A stretch of 62,902 nucleotides of DNA, filler included, from Choristocarpus tenellus KU-1152 (taxonomy: Eukaryota > Protista > Phaeophyceae), in NCBI GenBank assembly GCA_964200185.2. It is 7 parts of 7 records of this genome, joined end to end, with 100 filler letters (N's around TTAATTAATTAA, not from the genome) between each part and the next. Parts side by side here need not be neighbours in the genome. Positions count along the whole stretch, not along the records: positions 1 to 16,780 come from CAXNAD020000773.1; positions 16,881 to 29,447 come from CAXNAD020001785.1; 5 more parts are not named here. The stretch is one strand, 5' to 3'. Shown one piece after another: positions 13,442 through 25,200 of this stretch (the first letter of the stretch is position 1; each line of letters opens with the position of its first letter). The position numbers and the translations under genes are program-made. The notes beneath the pieces were generated by a model. The model saw nothing but the letters and a program-made list of their open reading frames with translations, was not told where the DNA came from and did no database searches.

Positions 13442-13666
13442 GACCCAAAGTATCTGGGGGAGAGGGGGGGTCTACACCAGAGTGTCCATTTGGTCCAAAA
13501 CCAGGAAAGTGCACTTTCATTATCCATCCAACGTGTGGAACCAAAACACCCAAAAATCTCGACATGAGAAAATTGGCCCCAAATGGACACCCGCCACCCC
13601 TCCTAGATACTTTGAGCCTGGGTCAAAAACGGACGCCGGCACCCCCCCCCCCAGATACTTTGACCC
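13442..13666. mobile_element. MITE family B, long form
   Basis: GACCCAAAGTATCTGGGGG...AGATACTTTGAGCC plus a 47-bp tail ending AGATACTTTGACCC; TSD TGTA (13438-13441, 13667-13670). Confidence 0.88.
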
Positions 13667-16501
13667 TGTAACGGTAATTTATGATGATGAGGTACCAATG
13701 ATGTAAATGTGAGTAACGACTAGTACCGATGTGCCAATCACCAGTCAGTATGAACTGGTTATAATGTATGGTGTATCTATAACACAAGAGATGAGTAGCC
13801 GACGTTTTAACAATCGTTCAGACATAACAACCCCCCCATATATATAGGAGGCCAATATCTGATTGCTTGGGAGAATAGGTGCTTTAACGCATGTTGGACT
13901 CCTATTAACGCACAGTCGATATCCACATCATTATCAGCAGCACAACAATAATGAAGGAAAAACACCTGGACCATCAAGGACGTCATACCCATTATCACTC
14001 ATCCAGGAATATATTCCAAAGTATATATATATATATATAGATGTATAATCCACGAAGTTCATGCCAGGGCCCAGTTATAGCAAGAACTAAATAAAATATA
14101 CCGTGAGAGAGTGAGGTAACATGATGCGTGGCCCCCCAAAAACCTAAAACTAGACTTTCTAGATGGGGACAAGAACGTTCCCCACAATCCCCAAAAGAAG
14201 CAACCATTTCGACATTTTCAAGACATGCAGGTCATCACTGAACGTTCCTATGAGAAGAGCAGTTAGCGAGTTGGCTATCGGACCTAAATATACTTGCTTC
14301 AAATAACTTTATTGCTGTTTGTCCGCTTAATAAGAAACACACACACGATAAATTGAAAAGTCTTCCACTATTCATACTTCAAGGAAGCAGGCTAAAAGTT
14401 TGGACAGTAAATCATATTTTGCAAAACTAGCTTTATTTCCATCATAACTAACTCATCAATCTTTACAAGACAAGCTCGCTTGACATTCAAGGAGGAAAAC
14501 ATGGAGTGCTGCTAATACTTCAGAGTATCTAGTTATCACTTAAAGTTACATATTAAGAATCAGTTGTGGCTAAATGCATACTCCGTAAAAAATACCATGC
14601 GACAAACCACGGAAATAATAATAATAATAATAATAATAGTACTATTTTGAATAATAACACTGCTGTAACTTTCGAAGGCTAACACTAATGAATGCCCTTC
14701 ACGGTAAAAAGCACTACAACTCCCCTCCCCTTGCTAACCTCATCAATCCCAACATATTTGTGCTACAAAAATATATATGAACTCTGTCCAACCACAGGTG
14801 GTGAGCCTTCTTAGCACCAAGTCAACAGGTATGGGTACCTTATGCATACGTGGAAAGGTCAAGGGATACAACCAAACTAACAATATGTGCATTGCATTCA
14901 CGTAAAACAAAAAATTCCTGTTGAAACGTGTAGTATAGGTCATTCCCAATGCTGTATCTATCTTTTGTCGTACTTGTGTACATGTATGTTTCCCACCCCC
15001 TGAATCGACTCCACTACTAGCATCACTACTTTATAAAAAACAACTGTGATTATATCATGTCAAGGATACCACCTTTCTGAATAGAAGGCAAAAAAAATTA
15101 ATGTTCAAATCACGCACGTACCTGCATGCCTATATGGCAGGACCAGCCTCCAACCAAACGGGCGATTGGTCACCCACCAACCAACTACATTACTGCATCA
15201 ACTACAGAGGAGATTGACAAAATAATTTGTACGCTATGTGGCAGGATCATAGACTGGACACCTCTCATCAACATGGAGTTGGTCCGTGCAAACCATGTTT
15301 TCCCGTCCGTCCGTCCGTCCGCGTGTGTGTGTTGTGTGTGTGTTTGACGCAACAAAAGCGATACTCTCTTACATGGAGGTACCTTTTCAACATAAACGGG
15401 AGCATATATCGTAGAAATAAATTAAAGATGAAGAGTTACCGAAAAAAAAAGAAACAAAACAAAACAAAAATTACAACACAATCAAATGGGAAGGAAAAAT
15501 AAAAATTTCTCAGAGGGTCTATTGATCGAGATCAAATCCTCTCAACAGAAAACGTCGCCTCACCTCTCTCCATCCAGTCACCCCTGCCTGCTTCCAAACA
15601 TTGTACATGAAACCAAACAGCCTGAGATGCATCGAACCTCTCGATTCTAGAGTGTTCCTGTTTAACTCTATATACAACCCTAACCCTAACCCGTATACTA
15701 GCATGTACTTGAAGCAGCACAAAATAAAATAAAATACACAAAACACGAAAAATCCCAAGTAAGCAAGCCTCTGTTGTCTTTTGAATAGTTGTTTCTTCTT
15801 GTCATTCTTCTTCCTCATTCTCTTCCTCGTCCAAATCGTCTTCCTCATCTTCATCCGAAAAATATATGCTCGGTAGGAGGCCAGCGATTCCCCTGGACAT
15901 GGGGGGGAAAATGAGTCAGAAAATAAAAAAAGGGAAAAAAATACAAAAGGGAAAAAATACAAAAGGAGATGGTGTATCGAAAACCGATCAATGTCGGGGG
16001 GGGGTTTTATCGTAACACGATACAACAGAACACAAAGTCTTAAAAAAAGAAGAGAGAGAGAGTGAGAAGAAGAAACAAGAACAGAGAGACTGAAATAACG
16101 AGAAAATTGAAAAATAAAAAATGAATCTTTCGATTAAAATGTCAGAATAAAAAGTTTTTTTGTTGTTTTTTCCTTCCACTGTAATGGAAAATAAAGGATA
16201 CCTTGCAGATTGGAGAGGAGAGACATCTACATCGTGTCCTAACCCTAACCCTAACCTACTTCAAGCACTACTGTATGGTTAAAAAATATACAAATGACAC
16301 TAACAATGGTTATACACAAAAAAAATAATAGCGGGAATTCTTGGATATACAGGTCCTGCAGGAGGAGATCAGGTCCCTTTATTGGACCAGGAAGGTCCGA
16401 GCCAGAGCCCTAAGCCAGACTGCAGCCCATAGAAATATCTGACACCCCTGGACCAGTCCTGTCACAACATCTTGGTACTGGGCCATGGGTCGACTGATCC
16501 T

Positions 16502-16548
16502 ATATGATATATGATATGATATGATATGATATGATATACGATATGATA
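16502..16548. repeat. (ATATG)n microsatellite
   Basis: Visible pentamer array. Confidence 0.9.
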
Positions 16549-16713
16549 TTGTATCATACTATACCTACCTTCACCAGAATAACCTAATAAAAACCTTCTC
16601 ACCTCTGGAAATAGAGGAGGGTCAACAGGCCAGTGACCACAAGCCAGCGTCGGTTAGAAGCATTGTGCCTTGCCATCTCATCTGTCACTGCTGGCGGAGT
16701 CTGGTGATCCCCC

Positions 16714-16762
<49 letters not shown>

Positions 16763-16780
16763 ACCCCCCCCCACCCCCCC

Positions 16781-16880
16781 NNNNNNNNNNNNNNNNNNNN
16801 NNNNNNNNNNNNNNNNNNNNNNNNTTAATTAATTAANNNNNNNNNNNNNNNNNNNNNNNNNNNNNNNNNNNNNNNNNNNN
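16781..16880. other. Artificial contig linker N44-TTAATTAATTAA-N44
   Basis: Six-frame stop linker embedded in Ns. Confidence 0.98.
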
Positions 16881-16920
16881 ATGAAATGATCCAACCGCCA
16901 TTATCTTGATCCGCTGTTAG

Positions 16921-17200
16921 GAGCTAGGGAGGCACCCCAACAATCCAATAACCCCTCCGTGCCCATCTCCCTGGTGACTCCAACTTACAACAAATGACAG
17001 TACCACTTGCGTAGTTACCGAGACAATTTGGCATAGTCAGAATTTTATCCACTCCTTTCCTGGTATATCCTTCCGTTCCTCTCCCCTCTACCATGTGAGT
17101 AGCCAGATCATCCAGGAAGCATTCCACTTGCTTGCCAACGCGCCCAAACCTTTGCGCTGCAAAGGTGTTGAGGTTATATCGTACTATTAATAGTGGTAAG
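16921..17200 (-). mobile_element. 3' end of RLE-type (restriction-like endonuclease) non-LTR retrotransposon, copy 1
   Basis: Translates to YNLNTFAAQRFGRVGKQVECFLDDLATH...KLESPGRWARRG. Similar in sequence to the copies at 17390-17710 and 32281-32700. Confidence 0.55.
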
Positions 17201-17389
17201 TCGATTATTGTACGATGTATATAAGGTTCCTCTGGTGCGGAAAATGTAACGATAGACATTCACTGAATCGTTTTTGTAGTTGTTACAACTACTAGTTTAC
17301 CTAGCACCAGCAACACAAGATTCCATCTAATATATACTTGGTTTCAATTATATCAATTGTAAGTGGCAAGTAATGACCATCATACTACT

Positions 17390-17710
17390 AATACCATAGT
17401 TTGAACTTCAACGTCTTCAGGGTAGAAAGTTGTGAGGGCCTCGGTTAGCAAGCAGAAAGGATTATTCTGGATGAGTTGGCTACACACGCAGTAGGGGGGA
17501 GAAGAGCGGGAGGTTATAGGAGGAAAGGGTTGTCAAATCCAGCTTGCCACAGGCAGTGTCTGTCACTATACTAGTGACTCTCTCCAGATACCTCATGTGT
17601 TTTAAGCTAGAGACACCGGGGAGATGGGCATGGAGGGGCCTGTCCGATTCTTAGAATGCTTCCCTAGTTCCCGTGCAGTTGTGTAATAGGGCTAAGGCAG
17701 GTCGGAGGCA
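17390..17710 (+). mobile_element. 3' end of RLE-type non-LTR retrotransposon, copy 2
   Basis: LG*QAERIILDELATHAVGG...VVKSSLPQAVSV...CFKLETPGRWAWRG, with stops and a frameshift; homologous to copies 1 and 3. Confidence 0.55.
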
Positions 17711-18059
17711 TAGCAGCAGTGTACACATAATATTGTAATTAACGTTTATGGGAATATTGTAGCATGGCTGACACTCAAATAGTACGTATATTTTGGAGAG
17801 AGATATTTCACACTTACAACAGATGTTACTTTTATAGGTGTCCTTGCGATATTGGGTTGGCTTTTTCCCTGACATGTCTACAAAATGTAGGAGGCATAAT
17901 ATATATTAATATTATCGATATGTAGTATTGTATAGATTTTTGAAATACTTGTTAACATCTATACATAAATTGTCTGTCACTATACCACATTAACGCTCAA
18001 AAAACAAATGTACCAGGGCTTAATTCTCGAACGGTGCGAAGGTTAAGCCAACACAAAAT

Positions 18060-18960
18060 TTGAGGAAGAAGCAGATCTACGAGCCGGGGATAGATGGATA
18101 CGAACCTGACGCAATAAGAGAGGCAGAGCATGAGCAGAGAGAGGTAGTACGAACAGTCATGTTGCAATACTACTTGGTTACAGTAGATAGTCTGAGGATT
18201 TCTTGGAACGTGATTTGGAAGTACTACAACCCTCCAGACAGAAGGTGTTATCAGGAGGATGGCAGCAAGCGAGAAGAGCGAGACAGATTATCTTTCAAGA
18301 CCTAGCAGGAACACGAGCAAGCATTGCAGCAACAACACAGAGATCCCCAGATCACCACCTTCAAACAAGTGTTGGAGGTGATTGGCAAACGGTATCCACT
18401 TGCATGACACTTGCTGATACACTAATAACAGCGGGAGTGGTAGAAGCAATCGGAGACAATGCAGACAGGAAGACAGCGGGAACATATCATCTCCCAGCGG
18501 AATTTCGGAAACCTATCCTACACCGTTTCCCCAAGAAGGTGTTAGCTGTGTAGGATCAAGAAAATGTGCCACGGGCTTGGACACAGTCATAAAAATGTTC
18601 TTCAGGAGGACGGATGGAGCGAATTGTGGTAGCTACAGAAGCATCTCATTTTTCGCACACACTCAAAACTTATCATTTTTTAAATACAAGCACTGGGAGC
18701 TTAAGTAAAACGAGATAATATACTCCATGAGGACTAGAGTGGGTTCCTAACATCAATACTCCACAATATACACAATATACAACCTGCATACTCTCCATAA
18801 ATCCAGGCACAGGTGGTATGAGCGTGTGGCTGATAGCACCAAGAGCAGCTTCATGGGAATGTGACTAATCAGAAAATGCGTGATACCTAATGTACGGCAT
18901 AATCAAGTAGAATAACCCAGGTAGCCCAAGTATATCAAGGCATACGGACACTCACCAACG
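18060..18960 (+). mobile_element. Decayed RTE-like non-LTR retrotransposon, reverse-transcriptase N-terminal region
   Basis: Frameshifted motifs RKTAGTYHLPAEFRK (cf. KAAGPDxLPAELLK), ANCGSYRSISFFAH (cf. NCGNYRGISLVAH) and LHED*SGF (cf. LPEEQxGF) occur in the expected order. Confidence 0.6.
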
Positions 18961-19810
18961 CCTGCTGAATGTTACATTTCCCGCCATCTCTTTCCTCATG
19001 GATTGAACATTTTTGTATTTATTTCTCCCCAGTGAAATTGTGGTGATCGATGTTCGGATATTCTGGACGTACGATACTGTGACACTATTTCTTTCCACAT
19101 TTTCCCAATAGGACCTATTGAATTTTTTTGACGTTAGTGACCCCCTATTTCAACTATTGGGTACTATTGAATAGTGCATTGTGGTTGGGTTTTCCCTCAG
19201 TTTCCCTTCTTAGCCGCATTGAGTTTTGTCGAGTTGTATAATATTTTACGTCATATTTTGTTTTACAGTAACTATAAATTTCTCAAGTAGTGTGTTTCTG
19301 TTTTATTTTAATAGGTAGACATCCTATGATAACAGGTTTGGAACCCATGTGTCAAACAGATGTGAGGATAACAATGCTTGACTGATTTGTGGGAATTGTC
19401 CCTTATGTCTAGGACACGTTCATAGCAACAGGCCATGACCATATCTTCAACTATAACTTTCTGAGCAAATTTATTGTCTTCTCCCTTTCAAATACACTAC
19501 AACTTTGTTGGTGTGGACGAAGGACTTTCCTAATGTATAAGAAATACATACTCTAGTGTTACTGTGTTTGTTACATTGTTCGTCAAGAGTTCCTCCTTAC
19601 CCCATGAAAAACAATGCAGAGATGTTTGGCCCAATGGTATATAGTACGCCATCTCTAACGGGTGACAAAATCTTGTCAATGGAGTAGGGTAGAGTGGGTG
19701 ATTAAAATTGAAGTATCAATGTTTTGGTTTTGATCAGATATGGATATTGGGTCGTACTTTGAGTGCATAGACTACGAACGTACCTCGTTGTAGTACCTGT
19801 ATTATTTTGT

Positions 19811-20069
19811 GAGTGAACGTATCTTAGAGGGTACGAGTTTTTCCCTGTTTGTCCATTTGGGGCTTGGCTTCCCACTGGATTTTAATGACATTTTACCTAC
19901 TCCGAAACATTTCAGAGTAGGTAAAACATTTACATTATGAAAAGGTGTGTCCGGAACAAGGATACTGACATCTCCTAACAAACACGATAGCCAAAAATAC
20001 GTCAAAATTGCAACATTGGATTTTGGTCCCCAAATGGACGCGGCTCTACCCTCTAAGATACTTTGACTC
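19811..20069. mobile_element. MITE family A
   Basis: Full-length match to 1717-1974, with ends GAGTGAACGTATCTTAGAGGGTA and TACCCTCTAAGATACTTTGACTC. Confidence 0.88.
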
Positions 20070-20800
20070 AGTCAATGTTTGGGGAATGAGGTTAAAGTTG
20101 TGGTTAGATGATTTGATCGATTGAAGCTTATTTCGTCCACGACAAAATCTACATGTTTATGGGCATAGTATACACAACAGTACCATTGATAAATGCAGGC
20201 AGGAGTACACATTGCTCAAAGGTAGGTGGTGACATTTGAAGCTATCACCAGATACTTGCCAGATGCTGCCCACTCCCTTCTATCCGGAGTTGAACAATTT
20301 TGCCACGCATATAAAACTCAATGTTTGATACATTATGTATGTGTTTGTTCTCAAAATTGTAATATTGTCAAAAAACAAAACAACAATCCAACCATCTGAT
20401 CATGATATATGATGATTCTTTCTTCACGATAATATTTGGAAATGAAAATTGTTGGCTATCATCACATACATCATCGTTGAAGGAGACTAATATTGTGTGA
20501 AAATCAATCATTAATAAAACAACCACTGGGTTTGTTTCAGATCAAGTGAAATTACAAAATAGGTTCCAAGTGTGTACGGAGTTGGTTTATTAATTTCAGA
20601 AATACAACCCATGCATCTGCAAGCAACGTCTATATTCAGTATTACAGACATGTTGCTTGTGAGATGTGAAGGAGTCATGCGTTGCACAAAGGCGCAGAAG
20701 ATGAGCGGAAGAGTTTCAGCCATTGATTGCGAGATGCTTGGAGTCCCTCAGATCGGAAAGTAAAGCAGATTAAGCAGTAGGAACGAGCTTCATGCGTAAT

Positions 20801-20981
20801 GACCCAAAGTATCTGGAGGGGGGGGGGGGGGTCAACACCAGAGTGTCCGTTTGGACCAAAACCAGGAAAAGTGCACTTTCATTATCCACCCTACGTATCA
20901 AACCAAATCACCGAAAAATCGTGACATGAAAAAATTGGCCCCAAATGGACATCCGCCACCACTCCCCAGATACTTTGAGCC
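20801..20981. mobile_element. MITE family B, short form
   Basis: GACCCAAAGTATCTGG...CCCCAGATACTTTGAGCC flanked by AAT/AAT. Confidence 0.85.
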
Positions 20982-22236
20982 AATGGATCCTAGTGACACT
21001 ACAATTGGTATACCCAGAGTACAAGATTGTCCATAGGCACATCAGTCATTACTCCACAGATGCATCTCTGCATTTTTGTCCTCGACACTTGGCACATGGG
21101 AGAGATTAGAGCCCATAGATTTGAAAGTTGCTTGAGCATACCGGACATTGGCCCCAGGCTTGCTAAGATGCGTTTGGGTCGATATGTGGTTAGCAAGCCA
21201 TTGTCCAAATCTGAGGATGATTGGAAAAGGCACTATCGAGTACTATCCCAAAGCAAGAAAATAGCATGTTTCACCATTGCACCACAATTCATTGCCCACC
21301 ATGCTTTAGTAGGACAATAAACTAACTGTTGTATTATGGCCGGTCTGGAGTTGCTTGTTGAGTTGGTAATACCTGCTGTTGTCTTGCCATGTTTAAGGAT
21401 ATTTGTGTGCAGTTATGTTACAGAAAATGGTTATATGTAGCGGTTTTATGAAGCCATTACGAATCTACACTGCAAGATTGATATATTCTGCACTATCAAA
21501 GGTTTGAACAAGCTTCCAGCCTACCAGTCGATCGTCTGAACGATACACTTGAAAGAAAAATCAAAGTCAGGATCCACATATTGTGACTGTTCATCAAGGC
21601 ACCATCTTCTTCTTGCATAATTGGACTCAAGGCCACTGTACAATCCTAATCATATACATTAACTTGGTGCCAAAGCAAGCAAAAAGTTGAGCAACTTGCC
21701 GTTTGTTTAATTCGATGTTGATAGGACTGTGTAGAAAAGTGTTGTACTAGCCCCTACCCTACTGAGCAAAATCCTTTCCCAAGAAAATATAAGAAGTCAT
21801 GCTAAATTTCTCTCTCTATAAAAACCAGAGTCCTGTCTGAAAAAAGTCTTGTCGTGAGCTGAAGGGGTTTGAACTTGGAAAAATGATGTTCACAACAGAC
21901 TATTATTGTGCATTTATTTTTCTTGCTGAAATATGGTGAGATAGAGAATCATGAATTCTTCCACCGATTCCTTGGACTTGTGTCATTAGTTGACATTTTC
22001 TTCTCGCACTTCTTTGAACTTCATGTTGTAGAACTAAAAAAAAAACATGAACGTTGAGGGACTTTGTGTTATGTTCCTTTCGTCAACAATCCAACCACTA
22101 CTGAAACATACAGGACTCCTTTCCCGAACTAACCGATCCTTCATTAGCTACCCCCGGTCATCTTGGTGATCATTATCTTCATTGTCGCACTCATCCTCGA
22201 CTAAAGAAAGGAGGTTGTGCTACCTCTTTCCAAAAG

Positions 22237-25200
22237 ATGATACAACCACTGCTTTTTGCGGCCCTGGCTGTTCCTGTGATGACCTTCATCCCCCAGTCCA
22301 CCTTCACAAGTGTGAAGGCGACTGGTAACCTCAGGGTCGCAAAGTCGTCCATGCGGATGTCTGCAGAGACGCCACTTGGTGTCGGGGTCATTGGCTGTGG
22401 AAGGATTGGCGACGTGAGTTGGACATTGTGTTTTCATGGTAACTGAGATGGTTGCTTAGGCTGCTTACACCAGCAAGGATACACTTCGCTGTGGTGAGGT
22501 TGGAAGAAATATTACCTCTAGTAATTTTTTTTATAGTTCTATGCTTGTGGGTATGTGAGGGGTGCCATTGTGCTTGAGTGACAGGTATCAGGAATTTTCA
22601 ATCGGGGTCACCTTGTGTACGCTTTTCACTCGACCGCTACTCGATTTCTTGGACACTTTGAATAATCGCTTCCACCTTTGCTCGGTACGGCGCCGATACC
22701 TAATCGGAGGACTGTCCATAATCGGACAGCTCGTTGGTGTTGTACCTTGCTCGCTTGACTCCCATGGATTTTTGGTACATTATTCCTATTGATATCTGGA
22801 CTTGTTGTGTCCATGGTACTCAAGAGCTTGACATATGTCACCCCCGTAACGTTGCAATGTCATGACCACATATAATATATTATTTTTCGGGCTTAATTTA
22901 CGATGCCTTAACACCCCTTGAGCTGATTATATCATCACAACTGATACGCTTGTTGAATTCCTCAATTCCACAAATCTCAGATTCATGCCAAGACTCTGGC
23001 TTTCCGAACTTCGGGTGCAAAGCTTATTGCTGTTTCTGACATCTTCGAGGAAGCAGGGGCACGAGTGGTGGCGGGATGTAACGGAGTCCCCAAGTTTTAC
23101 GTGGTGCGGCTTGGAGGCAACTTGAACTCTCCTGTAGATGGCGTTTGAAGAGAGTGAACAACTTCACCTTTTTTCTTTGCCCAAACTGTTGCAATGGGGC
23201 AAGGTTTCTTCTTGTAATATCCTCAGATGGCTGCTGTTTGCAGGGAGGCAGCCACAATCATGTGCTCTTTCTATGTTTTTGCAGCAGCATCATCATAGCT
23301 TATCTCTGTTGTAGTTACTGCATAGGGAAAATAATTTAAACCTTGTTGTAAGTCATGGATTGCTTTGTCTCAAACACTGTACATGTCTACCCACAAATCA
23401 AGTGATCTTGTTTTCACCTTGTCTTGCACACCACAGATGTTGACATATCTCAGATAATAAAACTAATGTTAAAGTTACCACTCCGGTATCCTGTTCTCGA
23501 ATGTACAATGGACAGGACTGGAAGGAGATGGTCCACGACCCTGAGGTTGGTGCCATCGTGGTAGGATCCCCCACTCCCTTCCACGCTGAACAGATCATGG
23601 AGGCTGCCAAGCTTGGGAAGCACATCTTCTGCGAGAAAGTGAGATTGTATTGTCTTATGGTCAAATGTTACATGTTCAATAGTTTTCACTATAGAAACGG
23701 TATTGTCCAAATTGGAAGTCTATAACAAAAATGTTCTAGACTTCAAAAGACTGGGTAGTAACCTACTGTGTGAGGTGATAAGCTGGTGATGTTGTGTAGA
23801 AAGGTGGCAAGTGTGTATCAGTTGAGCAAGGCTTGGCAGAATTATTTGCCAACTTTTGTCCCTTTGAAGTATTTCAAGTAGACCGTGCTGACTTTCCCCC
23901 TCCCTGCTGACTTTCCCCCTCCCCCAACCCACGGTGTTCAATAATTATGCGACTGGACAAGCCAATCTCTTTTGATGTGCCAACAATTGATGAAGCTCTC
24001 AAGGTTGTAGAAGAGAACAAAGTGAAGCTCCTTCTGGGCTTCCAGCGCCGCTTTGACTCCAACTTCCGCACCATCCGTGAAAAGGCAAGTGTCAGATTAC
24101 ATCACTGTCCAGTTCTCCCTTTTCAACATTTCACTGGAGGATGCTTCAAGCAGAGGGTTTTTGGTGCTCGAGCCTCATCTTCCTCTGAGACCATCATGCC
24201 CTTGGGTGTTTCCCCTCCGCCGAGGACGAAACCTAGCCTGATAATATTTTGTGTGTTTCTACAAGCAACCCCCTTTTATTAATGCAAGGGGTCTGTGCAG
24301 ATAGTTGATGCATGTGGGGGGTAGGTAAAATACTTTTGACAATCCGCAACGGCAGATTTTATGTTGTGTGGAGGATTCTGCATGTTCAGTTTCTTTTTCA
24401 AGGCTCAAGTTAATAGTTTCTAGTATTTATAGCTGCACCTCTGTATGTTGTTTTGTGTGTCGGTTCTAGAATCACCCACCTGACCTGAAGATGTGTTGCC
24501 AACTTCTGATGAAATGTTTACTGCTGACCCAGGTGTCACTCCAATACTTTTGCACTATTCCCTGAGATCATGATCTAAGAGGAGTATGTATATTCCACCC
24601 ATTTTTCAGATCAATGCTGGTACCATTGGAGATGTCCGTACTATCCAGATCACCAGCCGTGACCCAGCACCACCACCGGTGGCATACCTGAAGAACAGTG
24701 GCGGCATTTTCATGGACATGACCAGCCACGATTTTGATATGGCTCGTTTCCTTGTGGGGGATGAGATTGATGAGGTATTTGTCACAGCTACCGCATTCGA
24801 CCCTGAGGCCAAGGAGGCCGAGGACTATGACACTGCCCAGACTGTGCTCAGGTTCAAGGTGTGAATCTAGATGTAGATACTGACTATTGACCTGGCGGCT
24901 CTCTTTTTAGCTCTAGTGAGCCGAATGGATTGAAATTAGGTTTCCGCTGTGTGACACATAGTGTTGTCGATTGCTGGTTTTTCCCTACAAACGATGATCT
25001 CGTGAAGTAATGACAAGGGTAAAGTAGTAACCTCTTGTGGAAATGTGGACACATTTTTTTTTGTGCTTGTTGAATTTGCAGTTCCTTTGCTCTTTCTGTT
25101 TGTGTAGAGAATCTCCGTAGCAGTCAGTGGTTTCCGATTTGTTGAACAGATGGGTCTATATGGAAAATATTTTCTCCCTTCATCGCGAGTTTTTTTTAAT

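Noticed and set aside
15519-16025. 168-aa minus-strand ORF
   Set aside because: Low-complexity Phe/Lys-rich translation of A/T tracts; no coding signature.
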